From Eledone cirrhosa (Eukaryota), in the NCBI GenBank assembly GCA_964016885.1, contig OZ024743.1, positions 333,994,001 through 334,058,000 of the forward strand: a stretch of DNA of 64,000 bases, read 5' to 3'. A program made the position numbers and the translations under genes. The notes beneath the pieces are model-generated. The model saw only the letters and a list, made by a program, of their open reading frames with translations, was not told the origin of the DNA and did no database searches. Positions 38,425 to 50,526 of the stretch are shown here, piece by piece; within the stretch, counting starts at the first letter, position 1, and every line of letters begins with the position of its first letter.

Positions 38425-38860
38425 TGGAAAGCAATCAGTAAGTCCAAGCCATACGCAAGGGGTAATCAGTCTTGTGGACTGTGCATTGAAGAAAGGATCA
38501 ATATCCTGAGGAGGAAACGCAATAGCGATTCCCTAAATTCAAGAAATAAGCTTTTCTCACGTTGTCCACACGTCTGGAAACACCTCTTGATTAACTACAA
38601 AGCTCCGGAATGAATAACATCAAAAATTCTAATATCATAACCAACTCGAACAATTTATTCCGGACATTCGCAGTTATCTCCCTTACACCTGTCGACCGTC
38701 AATTTCTATCGCCTGCGGGAAGTGACCATTTCTGCGCATGCGTATTCATACGGTTGTTTCTCATTTTCCTGTTCCGTACAACCATTCTCAGTCCGAGCTG
38801 AAGATCCGCAAGGTGAAACATTTGTTCTCGGTGTGGTGAGCTAACTGTTGTGTTACTACT

Positions 38861-38865
<5 letters not shown>
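38425..38865 (+). mobile_element. Naiad-like PLE extreme 3' fragment
   Basis: A frame not in the ORF track reads WKAISKSKPYARGNQSCGLCIEERINIL...LNSRNKLFSRCPHVWKHLL*, followed by a hammerhead. Confidence 0.8.
38793..38831 (+). ncRNA. Minimal type I hammerhead motif
   Basis: CCGAG-CTGAAGA-T-CC GCAA GG-T-GAAAC-ATTT-GTT-CTCGG, with a perfect 5-bp stem I and a GNRA-capped stem II. Confidence 0.8.
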
Positions 38866-38920
<55 letters not shown>

Positions 38921-39095
38921 TAGGAAAATGTTTATTCTAATTTAGTTAATTCTAATTTAGTCCAGAAATAGCCGTCGAAACGGCTTGAGCTCTGCCGTCG
39001 GGGTTAAACATTTTCCTATTACCCACTCCACTACCCTAAGTATTGAGTACTCTGGTGCGTTATGGTCCATCTGGTTCTTTACCACACTTCCTTCG

Positions 39096-39128
<33 letters not shown>

Positions 39129-39898
39129 AAAATGTTCAAGACCCCGACGGCAGAGCTCAACCGTTTGACGGCCATTTCTGGACTAAGTATATGTATATAT
39201 ATATATATATAGAACAGAGAGAGAGGGCGGGAAGAGAGATATATATACAACACATGAGTGCACACGCACATACACACACACATACATACAAATATGCGCA
39301 TATGAATACTGGTATACACAAATAGAACGCACACACAAATAACACGCGTACACCAGACTCATGCCCCCCCCTCATGCACACTCACACTCACACACCCACT
39401 CACACCAAACACATGAATCACACGCTAACCCTCTCACACACCAAACTCATCCACACCCTCCGCTCATCTTCTCACACACCAAACTCATCCACATCCCCAC
39501 TCCCCTTCATACACACCAAATCTCTCACCCCACAAAACTGAGGCACCCCCACTCACTCCCACCAAACACATGCACCCCTACTTTCCCCCACCAAACTGAG
39601 GCACCCCCCACTCATCCCCACCAAACTCATGCTCTTCCACTCATCCCCCAACAAACTCACCCACACCACTCACCCCACCAAACTGAGGCTCCTCCGCTCA
39701 CCCCCACCAAACTCATGCACCCCCACACTTATCACACGTGCAATTGATCTCCGTCGGTCTCAACGACGAGTGTTTCCGTTCTTCGTTCAACGGAACAGCC
39801 GGCTCATGAAAATAACCTACCTGTAAGTGACTGAGCATTATACAGACATATATACTCTTAATACAATTCTCAGGGAGATTCAGCGTGACACTCTGTGG

Positions 39899-40082
39899 GA
39901 CCCGAGCCGACCTGACCCAACCCGAGACGACCCAACCCGAGATGACCCAACCCGAAACGACCCAACCAGAAACGACCCAACCCGAAACGATCCAATCCGA
40001 CCCAACCCGAGACAACCCGACCCGAGCCGACCCGACCAGGGCCGACTCGACCCGACTCGACCCGAGTCGACCCGACCCGTGA
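39899..40082. repeat. Pentamer-based (GACCC/AACCC/GAAAC) tandem repeat with a 15-bp period
   Basis: GACCCAACCCGAGAC-like units repeated in tandem. Confidence 0.85.
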
Positions 40083-40371
40083 CTATGATAAATGACACTT
40101 GCCCAGGATGCCACATGATGGGATCAACCCCTGGACCTAATGACTCCGAAGCAAGTTTCTTAACCATTCCGTCATACTGAGTCCACAATTCGAGATTTAT
40201 TAAAACAATTACAACTGTTATATTTCACCCACCATGTTACTTCTGGCGTCTGTTTCTAATCATGATCTGAAATAATTTATATCTTACCGCAAATATTCTG
40301 TACTTTTACTTTTGCTCGTCACCATTATCGTCACCATTAAGGTGTTGGCTTTGGGCCTAAATCAGACACCA

Positions 40372-40757
40372 TTGGCCGTATCGGTAGAGGGCCAGACACC
40401 ATGCTTTGCAGCAAAGAGTTACGCCCCTTTATGGTCTGAGTTCAAATCCCGCCAAGGTGAACTTTGCCTCTCATCCTTATGGGGTCGATAAAATAAAGTA
40501 CCAGTAATGTACTGGGGTAATTGCTGGCCTTGTGCCAAAATTAGAAACAATTATTTAAAAATAAAATAATTGTTTCTACTTTTGGCACAAGGCCAGCAAT
40601 TTCCCCAGTACATTACTGGTACTTTATTTTATCGACCCGATAAGGATGAGAGGCAAAGTTCACCTTGGCGGGATTTGAACTCGGACCATAAAGGGGCGTA
40701 ACTCTTTGCTGCAAAGCATGGCGTCAGGCCCTCTACCGATACTGGCAATCCACCGTC
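40372..40757. mobile_element. Tail-to-tail inverted pair of family A SINEs
   Basis: 40372-40555 (+) and 40567-40757 (-) share private variants (GCAGCAAAGAG, GCCAAGGTGAAC, GCCTCTCATCCTTAT). Confidence 0.9.
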
Positions 40758-41449
40758 CTTTGCCAATCCACCACTCTTATTAAAAATTAATAATCATACA
40801 GTTGAAATAGAAATATATAAATAACATGAAAATGGAAAATTGGATATTAAGATTAAAATCTAAACCATGAGCTGGTCGATTGAGAAACGCACGTCACGTG
40901 TGAAGAACATATGTATATGATGCTAAATTTAGACTTGCTATTTATTCTTGCCTGCATATTATTAATCCTCTGCATGTTACTTTGTTCCTGATGGGCGGCG
41001 TTCACACGGGATGGTTTGAGACGGTTTTATCGCAGGAATTCACGGTGTAAGTTCATTTCAATAGAGTTTCTTCTGGCGATTGGTTTCACAAGCAGTGTCC
41101 AGCCACAAGTATATGAACTTTAGGATAGTGCAATCCAAGTATTGCATCAGTTATAGTGCTGAACTCTGGCTTTCACACCCAACCCAATTTGGTGGAGCTA
41201 GTGCTGCGACACGGACACATAGGAGGGAGTTTAGCCGGCAGAGGTGATAAACACAACCTATTTGAGCTATTTTGTAGGCCAGCTGGAGCTCACCCCACTC
41301 CCCAGCTCAAGCATACCAACCCTCGGAAGCAATTATCGATGACGATACGAACGAGGGGTCCTACATTGGTAACTGGATCCACGTAGTAGCATTGAGTGCT
41401 CAAACTGGTGAACTAACAGTACCCTAACGTTACACAGCAACCAAATATA

Positions 41450-41489
<40 letters not shown>

Positions 41490-41530
41490 TATATATATAT
41501 ATATATATACACATATATATATAGATATAT

Positions 41531-41571
<41 letters not shown>

Positions 41572-41697
41572 GTTTCGTTGACAAATATATCAATGTGCCC
41601 AGACACGCAGATATATAGGCTCTGCCTTAGGGTACGGATGAAACACTGTTAGCTAATAAAACAATGTATTTCTAAGCACTCTTTGGTTATTCCTAAA

Positions 41698-41754
<57 letters not shown>

Positions 41755-42074
41755 TATGTATAAATATGTGTGTATTGTATATATATATGTATATATATGT
41801 ATATATTTGTATATATATATATGTATATATATGTATATATCAATTCATATACAAATGACAAAATTCATCGCTAGAACAGTGGTTGGCACAGCCAAATGCT
41901 GTAAATGACAGACTGTTATAACGGCTGTCCTAGGGTTGAGTTTTCTCATTTGTATATGGATTGAAATACACCCTCGCTTCATCTCGATCAGAGACAACAA
42001 TGATTATATAAAACAAGTAACATTCAGAGACCAACCAGATGTGAGAAAAACCACAGATCCTCCATCTCAACTCA

Positions 42075-42112
42075 CCTTTTGAAAAGCAGAAGAACTGCGA
42101 AACCGGTAAAGG
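42075..42112 (+). ncRNA. Hammerhead variant with a compensatory U3-A8 core
   Basis: CCTT-TTGAAAA-GCAG AAGAA CTGC-GAAAC-CG-GTA-AAGG, with AATAAA downstream. Confidence 0.65.
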
Positions 42113-42243
42113 AACCAAATAAATATATATATTTAAAAAAAAAATAAGACTCCAGTTGCATTTTCGATTTCATCTCTTTTTCTTTATACTTTCACTCGTG
42201 TAGGACACCTCGGTTATTTTTCATTTTGTAAAAAAAACCTCAC

Positions 42244-42313
<70 letters not shown>

Positions 42314-42653
42314 CAAAGGAATTGTGGTAAGAAACCAAAAGGACCATAACGCACCAGAGTACTCAACACAGAGTAGTAGAGTGAGAAATAGGAAAAAGTA
42401 TGACCCCGACGGCAGAGCTCAAGCCGTTTCGACGGCTATTTCTGTCGAAGAAAAAGCCGTTGAAACGGCTTGAGCTCTGCCGTCGGGGTCATACTTTTTC
42501 CTATATATATATATATATATATAGATATATTGTTATACTTGGGGAGGGTCATATTGTTGTAATAATATTGCCTGAAATAATAACGGAACACACTCACTGT
42601 TTGGTTGGTTTTATGGCGTAGACATTACAATACAGCAGGAGGGAACATAATAG

Positions 42654-42697
42654 TACCACTGAGGATGTTGCAGATGTGCAACGAAAGAACTTTGATA
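42654..42697 (+). ncRNA. Type I hammerhead motif
   Basis: TACCA-CTGAGGA-T-GTTGCA GATG TGCAAC-GAAAG-AA-CTT-TGATA, with one mismatch in stem I. Confidence 0.65.
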
Positions 42698-43227
42698 GAC
42701 TATATATATATATTTATATCTGTACTTTTAACCGTTGGTCAATCAATGATAAACATTGATTGCCAAATAAATTAACTATGGGGATATAAAAGATACAGAA
42801 GCGAAAACCAACCAAACAGTGAGTGTGTTCTGTTATTATTTCTGGCAATATTATTACAACAATATGACCCTCCTCAAGTATAACAATATCTGTTTCGACA
42901 CACGATTTCATATAAAAAACCTTGCAAAACAAATACATATTTTTATGTATACATCCTCTGTTTATTATATAATATACATACTAATAAATTACGAGAGGTA
43001 TCTTGCCCATCTATGGTGTTGTAACACCATGCCACATACCCTCTTAATTAATTCTAACTGAACTGAATTCAGAATCAATAGTGTAGTGGCAATATTTTAC
43101 AAATTAATTAGATTTATCAATAGAATTAATATAACTAACAACTAATCGATAATCAAATCAATAAATAGAAATATAAAAATTATTGATACATATCCACAAA
43201 TAAATTAGGGTTACCAAATACGATTAA

Positions 43228-43306
<79 letters not shown>

Positions 43307-43626
43307 TATGTTAAGGCATCAATACATATTTAATATGTATGATGATCATGTTTCTCAACAAATTAGTTCAATGGATCTTGGTTCAGAGCATCAATAATTC
43401 AAATTTTAACGATATATGACTCACCCCCTCTCTCTATATATATCTTTTAAATTTGAATTGTATATATTTATATATATTTTTTGAGTATATGTTGGTTGTA
43501 TACCCACATCTCAGTATGCAAATTGAAGCACTCGACGAAGTGCGCAGGTTGGTTTGGTTACTCCGGAGTAATGTAAAATGAAATAAAATAAATAAGTCAA
43601 ATGTTTAAAATTTGGCTTCGTTTATT

Positions 43627-43681
43627 ACTGCTATATATATTTCGGTGACAGCCATCTTTGGCTGTGACCTCTTCAGGCAGT
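43627..43681 (-). ncRNA. Type I hammerhead motif (same family at 60093-60147 plus and about 35947-35997 minus)
   Basis: ACTGC-CTGAAGA-GGTcACAGCC AAAGAT GGCTGTcACC-GAAAT-ATAT-ATA-GCAGT, with a perfect stem I and an AUA triplet. Confidence 0.82.
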
Positions 43682-43749
43682 CCGAATTAGTGTGGTAGAG
43701 ACGAGTACACATGTTGTTGAGGTGTATAACTTTGTCAATACTCTGATAT

Positions 43750-44078
43750 GCTCAGTTCCTGGTTGGGTTGTTATTTCACTGAGGAACTTAACATGTACGT
43801 GGCTGAGCATTCCACAAATACACGTGCCGTTATAATAATTTTCAGTGAGATTCGTGACACGGTGTGACACTGTGACACATTGTGTGTGTGTGTGTGTGTG
43901 TGACAAGGCTGGCCCTCTTAAATTAAAGGTATAGTCTATTAGACAGGCTTCCGTACAGTTTTTCCCCCTACATAATTCCACTCACAAGACATGGGGTGAC
44001 CCGAGAGTATGGTTAATAACACTTGCCTAAGGTACAATGATAGCGAGCCGAACCTCTTAACCGTTTGGCCATGCTACC
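43750..44078 (-). mobile_element. tRNA-derived SINE family D (related plus-strand fragment at 24455-24572)
   Basis: GCATGGCCAAACGGTTAAG head, then ...ACCTTAGGCAAGTG...TTGTGAGTGGAAT...AAACTGTACGGAAGCCTG. Confidence 0.65.
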
Positions 44079-44204
44079 CCTATGTCAGTCTATACATATA
44101 TGTTGAATGTAACTAAGTGAGGCACATGCCCTCCTTAGAGAAAGAAGAGAGAACTATAAGATGAGACACAGTAACAGTGACTTTTCTCGAATGGTATGAA
44201 TAGT

Positions 44205-44468
44205 GCTTTCTGATTTAAGTACAACACCAACGATTTGGGGTGGGGAAAGTCGATTAAATCGATCCCAGTACATTACTGGTACTTTATTTTATCGACTCCG
44301 TAAGGATGAAATGCAAAGTTAACCTTGGCGGGATTTGAACTCAGAACGAAAAGGGCCGTAACTACATGCTTTAAAGCATGTTGTCCGGCGTTCTACCGAT
44401 ACTACCAATCCATCGTATTATAATTATTAATTAATAATGGTTTCTGATTTTGGCACAAGGTCAATAAT

Positions 44469-44516
<48 letters not shown>

Positions 44517-45555
44517 GGTAGGGGTCGATTAGATCGACCCAGTGCATTACTGGTACTTTATTTTATCCACCCTGTAAGGATAAAAGGCAAAGCTGAACCC
44601 GGCGAGTATTGAACTCAGAACGTAAAGTTCTGTAATTATATGGTGCAAAGCATGTTCTTCGGCACTCCACCGATTACTGCCAACCCACCGCCCTTAGTAG
44701 CATGAATAATAATAAATATAGTGCAATATTTTCTTGTAGAGAAATGAAATTGTTTGTAATCTCTTTTCATTATGAAGTTGTTTCAATACTTTATTACGCT
44801 TTAGCTGATACACGTATCTATTTATACATTCTCTTTATGTTTAAATTGATAACAAGCAAGTTATATAAACATTAAAACAAAAAGAAAGCCCCACCTAAAA
44901 GACGCAGTAGAAAGGAAATAAGACGGTAATGTAAGTTTTGCGAGAATTTATCAGAGATTCAAGGCAAAAGACAGTTGCCAAAAGCTGGTAAATTATTGTA
45001 TTCCTTATCTCTACAGCTTTTCTTGATTACTGTTTTGCTTCACTTCATAAAGAAAGAAACCCAAATTGTAAAGCATCCATAGATATTTCAGTGTATCACG
45101 TGTTTAGGATATAAGGTAAAATGCCAGAAATGATGGGGTTGGGTAGGGTAGGTTGGGGTGGTCGTTTAAATCGAACTTGTATTCGACTGGTACTTTACTT
45201 TATCGACTCTGAAAGGAAGGAAAGCAAAGTTGACAGCGGAGGGCTTTGAACTCAGAATGTAAAGAGCCAGAACAAACACTGCTAACACTTTGTGAGATGC
45301 TCATAAAACTCTGCTAAACCGCCGCTCTTGTATCACTTATATAATGATTTCTAATTTAGCAACAAGGCCAGTAATTTTAGGGAAAGGGGAAAGTTGATTA
45401 ATATCGAACCTAGCACCATGACTGGTACTATATTTTATCGTTCCTGGAAAGAGGAAAGGCAATGTTGATCTAGGCGGGATTTGAACTCAGGACGTCGGAA
45501 CAAATACCGAAACATGTTTAATTCGATGACCCAAACGACTCTGCCAATTCGCCGA
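44205..45555 (-). mobile_element. Cluster of four diverged family A-type SINEs
   Basis: CTGGTACT..ATTTTATC core near 44275, 44550, 45187 and 45422, each followed by TGAACTCAG (B box complement). Confidence 0.8.
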
Positions 45556-46911
45556 ATTTTCGGATAGTCAGCAGCCCGTCTAAAAAAGATAAAAACAAAA
45601 TTAAGTGATGAAAAAACACGGAGGAAGGTTAAAGAAGGGCAGATCTGGCTGTAGAGGAAAGTAGGGGAAGACTATAAATATCTTAAATGTGAAGTAAAGA
45701 AGGGAAAAAGCAACGACTATTAGTTAACGAGAGAAAGACGGCGGAGGGGAGAGGGTGACAGACCTTGGTCGGAGCGGTATTTCGGCTGCATCCCGCGGAC
45801 AAAATTGCAAAGGAATTTCCGTGGTCAATGACCAGTGACACCCACTGCAACAGCCACTCCACCTCCCGGGGCCGGGGCTTCTTCTTCGGACGGGCTGCTG
45901 ACGTTCCGAATCCCAGGAAAAAGTAGTAAAAACATTGTTTAGATTAAAAAAAGTTGTCTTTCGCTTGGCGACATATGTATATGTGTGTGGTATAGTCCCG
46001 TAACTCCCGAGTGTGTTGTTGGGGCGTCATATTGACATACAGCATGTCTTAGGGAATTTTAAAACCTGACGGAGCCCATCCCTCTTCAGGTCTGAATACA
46101 ACAGATTTCTTCAAGAGAAGGATATAGAGTGAGAGCATAGAAGTGAGAAAGGGATATAGAGGAAGAATCGACCCCAGTTGTAGTCTGGTACTTTTTATTG
46201 AAAGACCTCGAATGGATGGTAGGCAAAAGGCAAAGTTCGCCTCGGCGGGATTTGAACTGAGAGAGCATAAGGCCGGAGTGATTACTGCAAAGCACTCTAT
46301 CCGACATTCTAACGACTCAGCCACCTATATATATATATGTATGGACACGTAAGTCTTACTGGAGTCGCTATCGTGACATACGGCGTGTCTTGGGCTCTTT
46401 AGACCTGGTGAAGCCCATCCTATTTCCTGGTCTGAACACAGTCAATTTCTTTAAGAGAAAGAAAGAGAGAGAAAGAGAGTAACAGGGAGAGAGAGGAAGA
46501 GCGAGAGAGGGAGAGCGAGAGAGGAAGAGATGGAAAGAGAGAGGTAGAGAGAGGGAGAGATAGATAGATAGATAATAGATATATATAGAAAAATATATAG
46601 AGCAAGAATCAATTCTAGTACTGAACTGGTACTTTTTTTTATCTGTCCAGAAAGGTTGACAGGAAACGTTTACCTCGGAGGGATTTGAACTGAGAGAGCC
46701 GAATACTTGCGGAAGAGACCCAATTTCATTCACAAGGCATGGAAACCGAACACGGACGTGATGTATGTGTTCGCCACCTCCACCCGACCTTTCAGAGATA
46801 GTTTCCTCTCGTCCTCCACACACATACACAGAGAGAGTGACTACAGCGAAATAGAGAGTGAGAGAGAGGGAGTGACTAGAGTGAGAGAGAAAGAGAGAAA
46901 GAGAGAGAGAG

Positions 46912-46968
<57 letters not shown>

Positions 46969-48938
46969 GTAAGAAAACTACATAGAAGAAGAATCAATGT
47001 TTACCTCGTCCCATTTCCTATCCACTTGGCAACTTGGCTAGTCCACCCGTTAGTCCACCAGTCTGTTGAGCACCCTACGACATTGTCATTTGATCATATT
47101 TAGAAAATATACTTGATTTCTTCTAAAAAGAATATTTTAAAATTGCATTTTGTAAGTAATATAGCTTTCTTCTGGAGATAACTAAAATAAAATTGGTGAA
47201 ACAAGTATTATGTTCAATACATGTCTTAATAGCACAATACATTAAGTCTTAATACTTTGGGACATATCTTAATACCACAATACATAAATTTTACTACAAT
47301 AGATCAGCCAATAAAAGTTATATTTGGGAAAAACAAACAAGATAAAGAAACAATAGAATGAACTCTATAGATAATGAACACAACCACAAGGATATGGTCT
47401 GAATGTGGAAGAACCGAACTCCCACTGTCATCGCCTCCATCTCTCTTGCCCTCACCATCTCTCTGTATGGTGATAAAATGAGGTCCCACGTGCTGGCCTC
47501 CCCACAAACCTGGCGGACAGGGCATGGATTTGTCTCTGACGATGTCGAACTGCAGACCTATCGACATATTCGGGTTGTCTAGCGAACTTCTTAACCATTC
47601 AGCCACGCAGCGTCCATAATTCAGTTACTACTATTCATGTTTGAGCCAGTTAAGTCAATGACACAAAGTAGTTGTATGTTGGAAGAGAAGATAGGACCAA
47701 TTAGAAGAAGCCTGGATTACATGTAGTTCACTTTTTCACAAGATACACCGTTAATAAATTAAACATAATGAAATATCAGCTAACATGAAGTAGATATTTT
47801 CTTTTCAAGTGTGTTTAGAGAATAGATCAATCAATTAAAACCCTCTTATCGCATTTTCTTTTCCAGTCTCTCTCTCTTTCTTCTACCCCGCTCTCTCTCG
47901 CTCTCTCACTCTCTGTCTTTCACTTTCTCACTCTCTCCTTCTTTCTCTCATTCTCGCTCCGCCTTTCATTCTCCTTCTCACTCTCACTCTCGCGCTCTGT
48001 CTTTCTATTTCTTTCTCTCTCTCACTCTCACTCTCGTTCTCGTTCTCTATCTTTGTCTTTCACCCTCTTTCTCTCTCACTTCCCTATTTCTCTCAATCTC
48101 GCTCTCTGTCTTTCACCCCCTCTCTCTCACTTCCCTATCTCTCTCAATCTCACTCTCTGTCTTTCACACACACTCTTTCTAGTTCACTATGCTTTTGTAT
48201 TTATCTTCTCCCCTGGAGTGTAAAAAAATTAAATATCACTAATAATACTGTACAAACATTCGCAGATTAGTATAAATCATCCACTTTTCGACCATTATCA
48301 ATTGGAACTACATAGCCATTAAATGATGTAATAAAGTCAAGTAACTATGTTTACTGTATAAAATACAATAAAACATCTGCCTCTAAGCAGAATTCAATTA
48401 AAATTGTTGAAAACACGTTCAATATTTCTCTACCAGTGGCAGTTCAGTTTATAAATCTAAACTGGTAAACAACCAGCAACAACAACAGTGACATCAACAA
48501 CACCAATTGAAATAACAGAAGCACTAACAAGAGTGAGAAGTTCATTTTTAAAGAATGATAGCATACTGGAGAAAAATAGGATATTGAGAAATTTCATTAA
48601 AAATATTGACTTTTTCATATTTTCTTTAAACACTCAACGGGTAACAAATTATGTCTTTTAAAAGCGAAAAAAAACAAACAAAACAAGCTATGGAAATCCT
48701 TCAACATACTCAATGGAATAGATATGCCAAATTTCAAGTGAGAAATATTAGGAATTTTTATTAATGCCAGCAACGCCACCCGGCGTTGCCCGAGTGCTTG
48801 ATATGTAAATATATTCTTTCATTTTATGGCAAACTTGTAAATTTTATGGATTTCTTTGACCACCCCAACACAGATTAACAAATATGTACGTACAGTCTCA
48901 GTGACACACACATATATACACTTACACAGAATTATTGA

Positions 48939-49023
<85 letters not shown>

Positions 49024-49257
49024 CTCTCTCTCTCTCTATCAGACGTGTGTAACTTCGCGGAGAAGTTTCCGTTAATTTATGTAAGAAAAAAACGTGAGTT
49101 TTTAGTTAAATTTTATATCATTATGTAACTTGACCACCCGTCTGGACCTTCAGCTGGTGGGTCAACTCATTTTCGCCCCTACAGGGGCGGAATATCCATG
49201 TAAAAAATTTTTCTCCATCGAATCTTGGAAAAAATATTGTAAAATTTTGATTACGTT

Positions 49258-50493
49258 ATGAACGCTGCGTCCAACGATAATGGTGGTGGAGAGGCGGTAA
49301 GACTACAAAGCTCGCAGTCAACAACGTCTTCTTCACTAGATACTATAGAGATGGAAAGACAAAATGAAAATGTAAAAACGAATTCATATCCAAACAACAC
49401 AAATGACACCAAACAGTTCAATGACAACAAAAATAACAGCAAAACCAATAATGATGATAACAGCAACAATGATAACAACAACAAAGAAAAAAATAAAGAC
49501 AACACCAATAACACCAGCATCAAAGACAACAACAACACCAAGGAAAAGACGAATACTATCAACATCGGTGACAACAAGAATAACAACAACAATAACAACA
49601 ATAATGACAACACCACCAATACGGATTCCACAAAGAAACCAAAAATCTCCTTTGCAGAGAAAGTTCAAAAGAAGGAAGAATTGATATATCTCGACATAAC
49701 AAATGCTGAACAACTTTTAAAGGACGGTAAGAGATATGTCACTTTCGAAAAAAATGGTGCTTTCAGCATCAATTCTCCGGTAGAAATTCGCAAGGAAACT
49801 GCTCTCAAAACGATAGTTTTTAGGACAGTTTCCAATTCTACCCGAAAACCAGTCCAATTGTCACAGAAAGAAATTGAACTAGTTTTCAAAAATTCAATGA
49901 ATAATATTGCATTCATTCAAAGAAGCAAACTTTTTGGGAGTATTTCGGTACTCATGAAGGATCAATTGACGGCCCAAAATTACTCTGTGTCGCCAATTGT
50001 ATCCAACCTGTACACCCTTTTCCCTACATACATGGGAAAAAGGACACAAAAGATCAGAATCACGAGTGTAACACCAAAGGTGAACATATGGTGGATACTG
50101 TGCGGCTTCATCAATTTTGAAATAAACACTGAAAACAAAACACAAATGGAGACCATCACGAACGACCCTTCGGTGAAAACCGAAGGGAAAACTTTCGCCC
50201 ACTCTATTAAAAATAGCAAAAAACTGAACCTAAAACTGATTAGGGTCCCTATACAAACTTATAGGTCCCTAAAAGAAACATTTGAGAAGGATGTGGGGAA
50301 TTCCTGCGTGAAACCACTCAACCGCGTCCTTCTCAAATGCCTCCCCACCCCAGACACCCCCATCCCACCAGACCCCACCCCACCAAACATCTGCGTCCCC
50401 ACCCCGCCGGAAACCACCACCCACCCAGACAACCCCTCCAACACCCTCATGGAAATCGTGCGGCCTGGTCCCCAGGAGGCGAAGGGTGAGTGA
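49258..50493 (+). CDS. LINE ORF1-like protein (Asn-rich N-terminus, Pro-rich C-terminus)
   Basis: 411-aa open frame immediately upstream of ORF2. No zinc knuckle is visible, so it may be internally deleted. Confidence 0.7.
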   Translation: MNAASNDNGGGEAVRLQSSQSTTSSSLDTIEMERQNENVKTNSYPNNTNDTKQFNDNKNNSKTNNDDNSNNDNNNKEKNKDNTNNTSIKDNNNTKEKTNTINIGDNKNNNNNNNNNDNTTNTDSTKKPKISFAEKVQKKEELIYLDITNAEQLLKDGKRYVTFEKNGAFSINSPVEIRKETALKTIVFRTVSNSTRKPVQLSQKEIELVFKNSMNNIAFIQRSKLFGSISVLMKDQLTAQNYSVSPIVSNLYTLFPTYMGKRTQKIRITSVTPKVNIWWILCGFINFEINTENKTQMETITNDPSVKTEGKTFAHSIKNSKKLNLKLIRVPIQTYRSLKETFEKDVGNSCVKPLNRVLLKCLPTPDTPIPPDPTPPNICVPTPPETTTHPDNPSNTLMEIVRPGPQEAKGE

Positions 50494-50526
50494 TCTCTTT
50501 TCCTCTTTTAACTTTCCAGCACCAAC

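Noticed and set aside
39827-40188. DPTR/TQPET repeat-protein ORFs
   Set aside because: Open in several frames on both strands because of a pentamer-based DNA repeat; no evidence of coding constraint.
49251-49713. Hydrophobic membrane-protein-like ORFs on the minus strand
   Set aside because: Antisense shadow of the AAC-rich ORF1 region.
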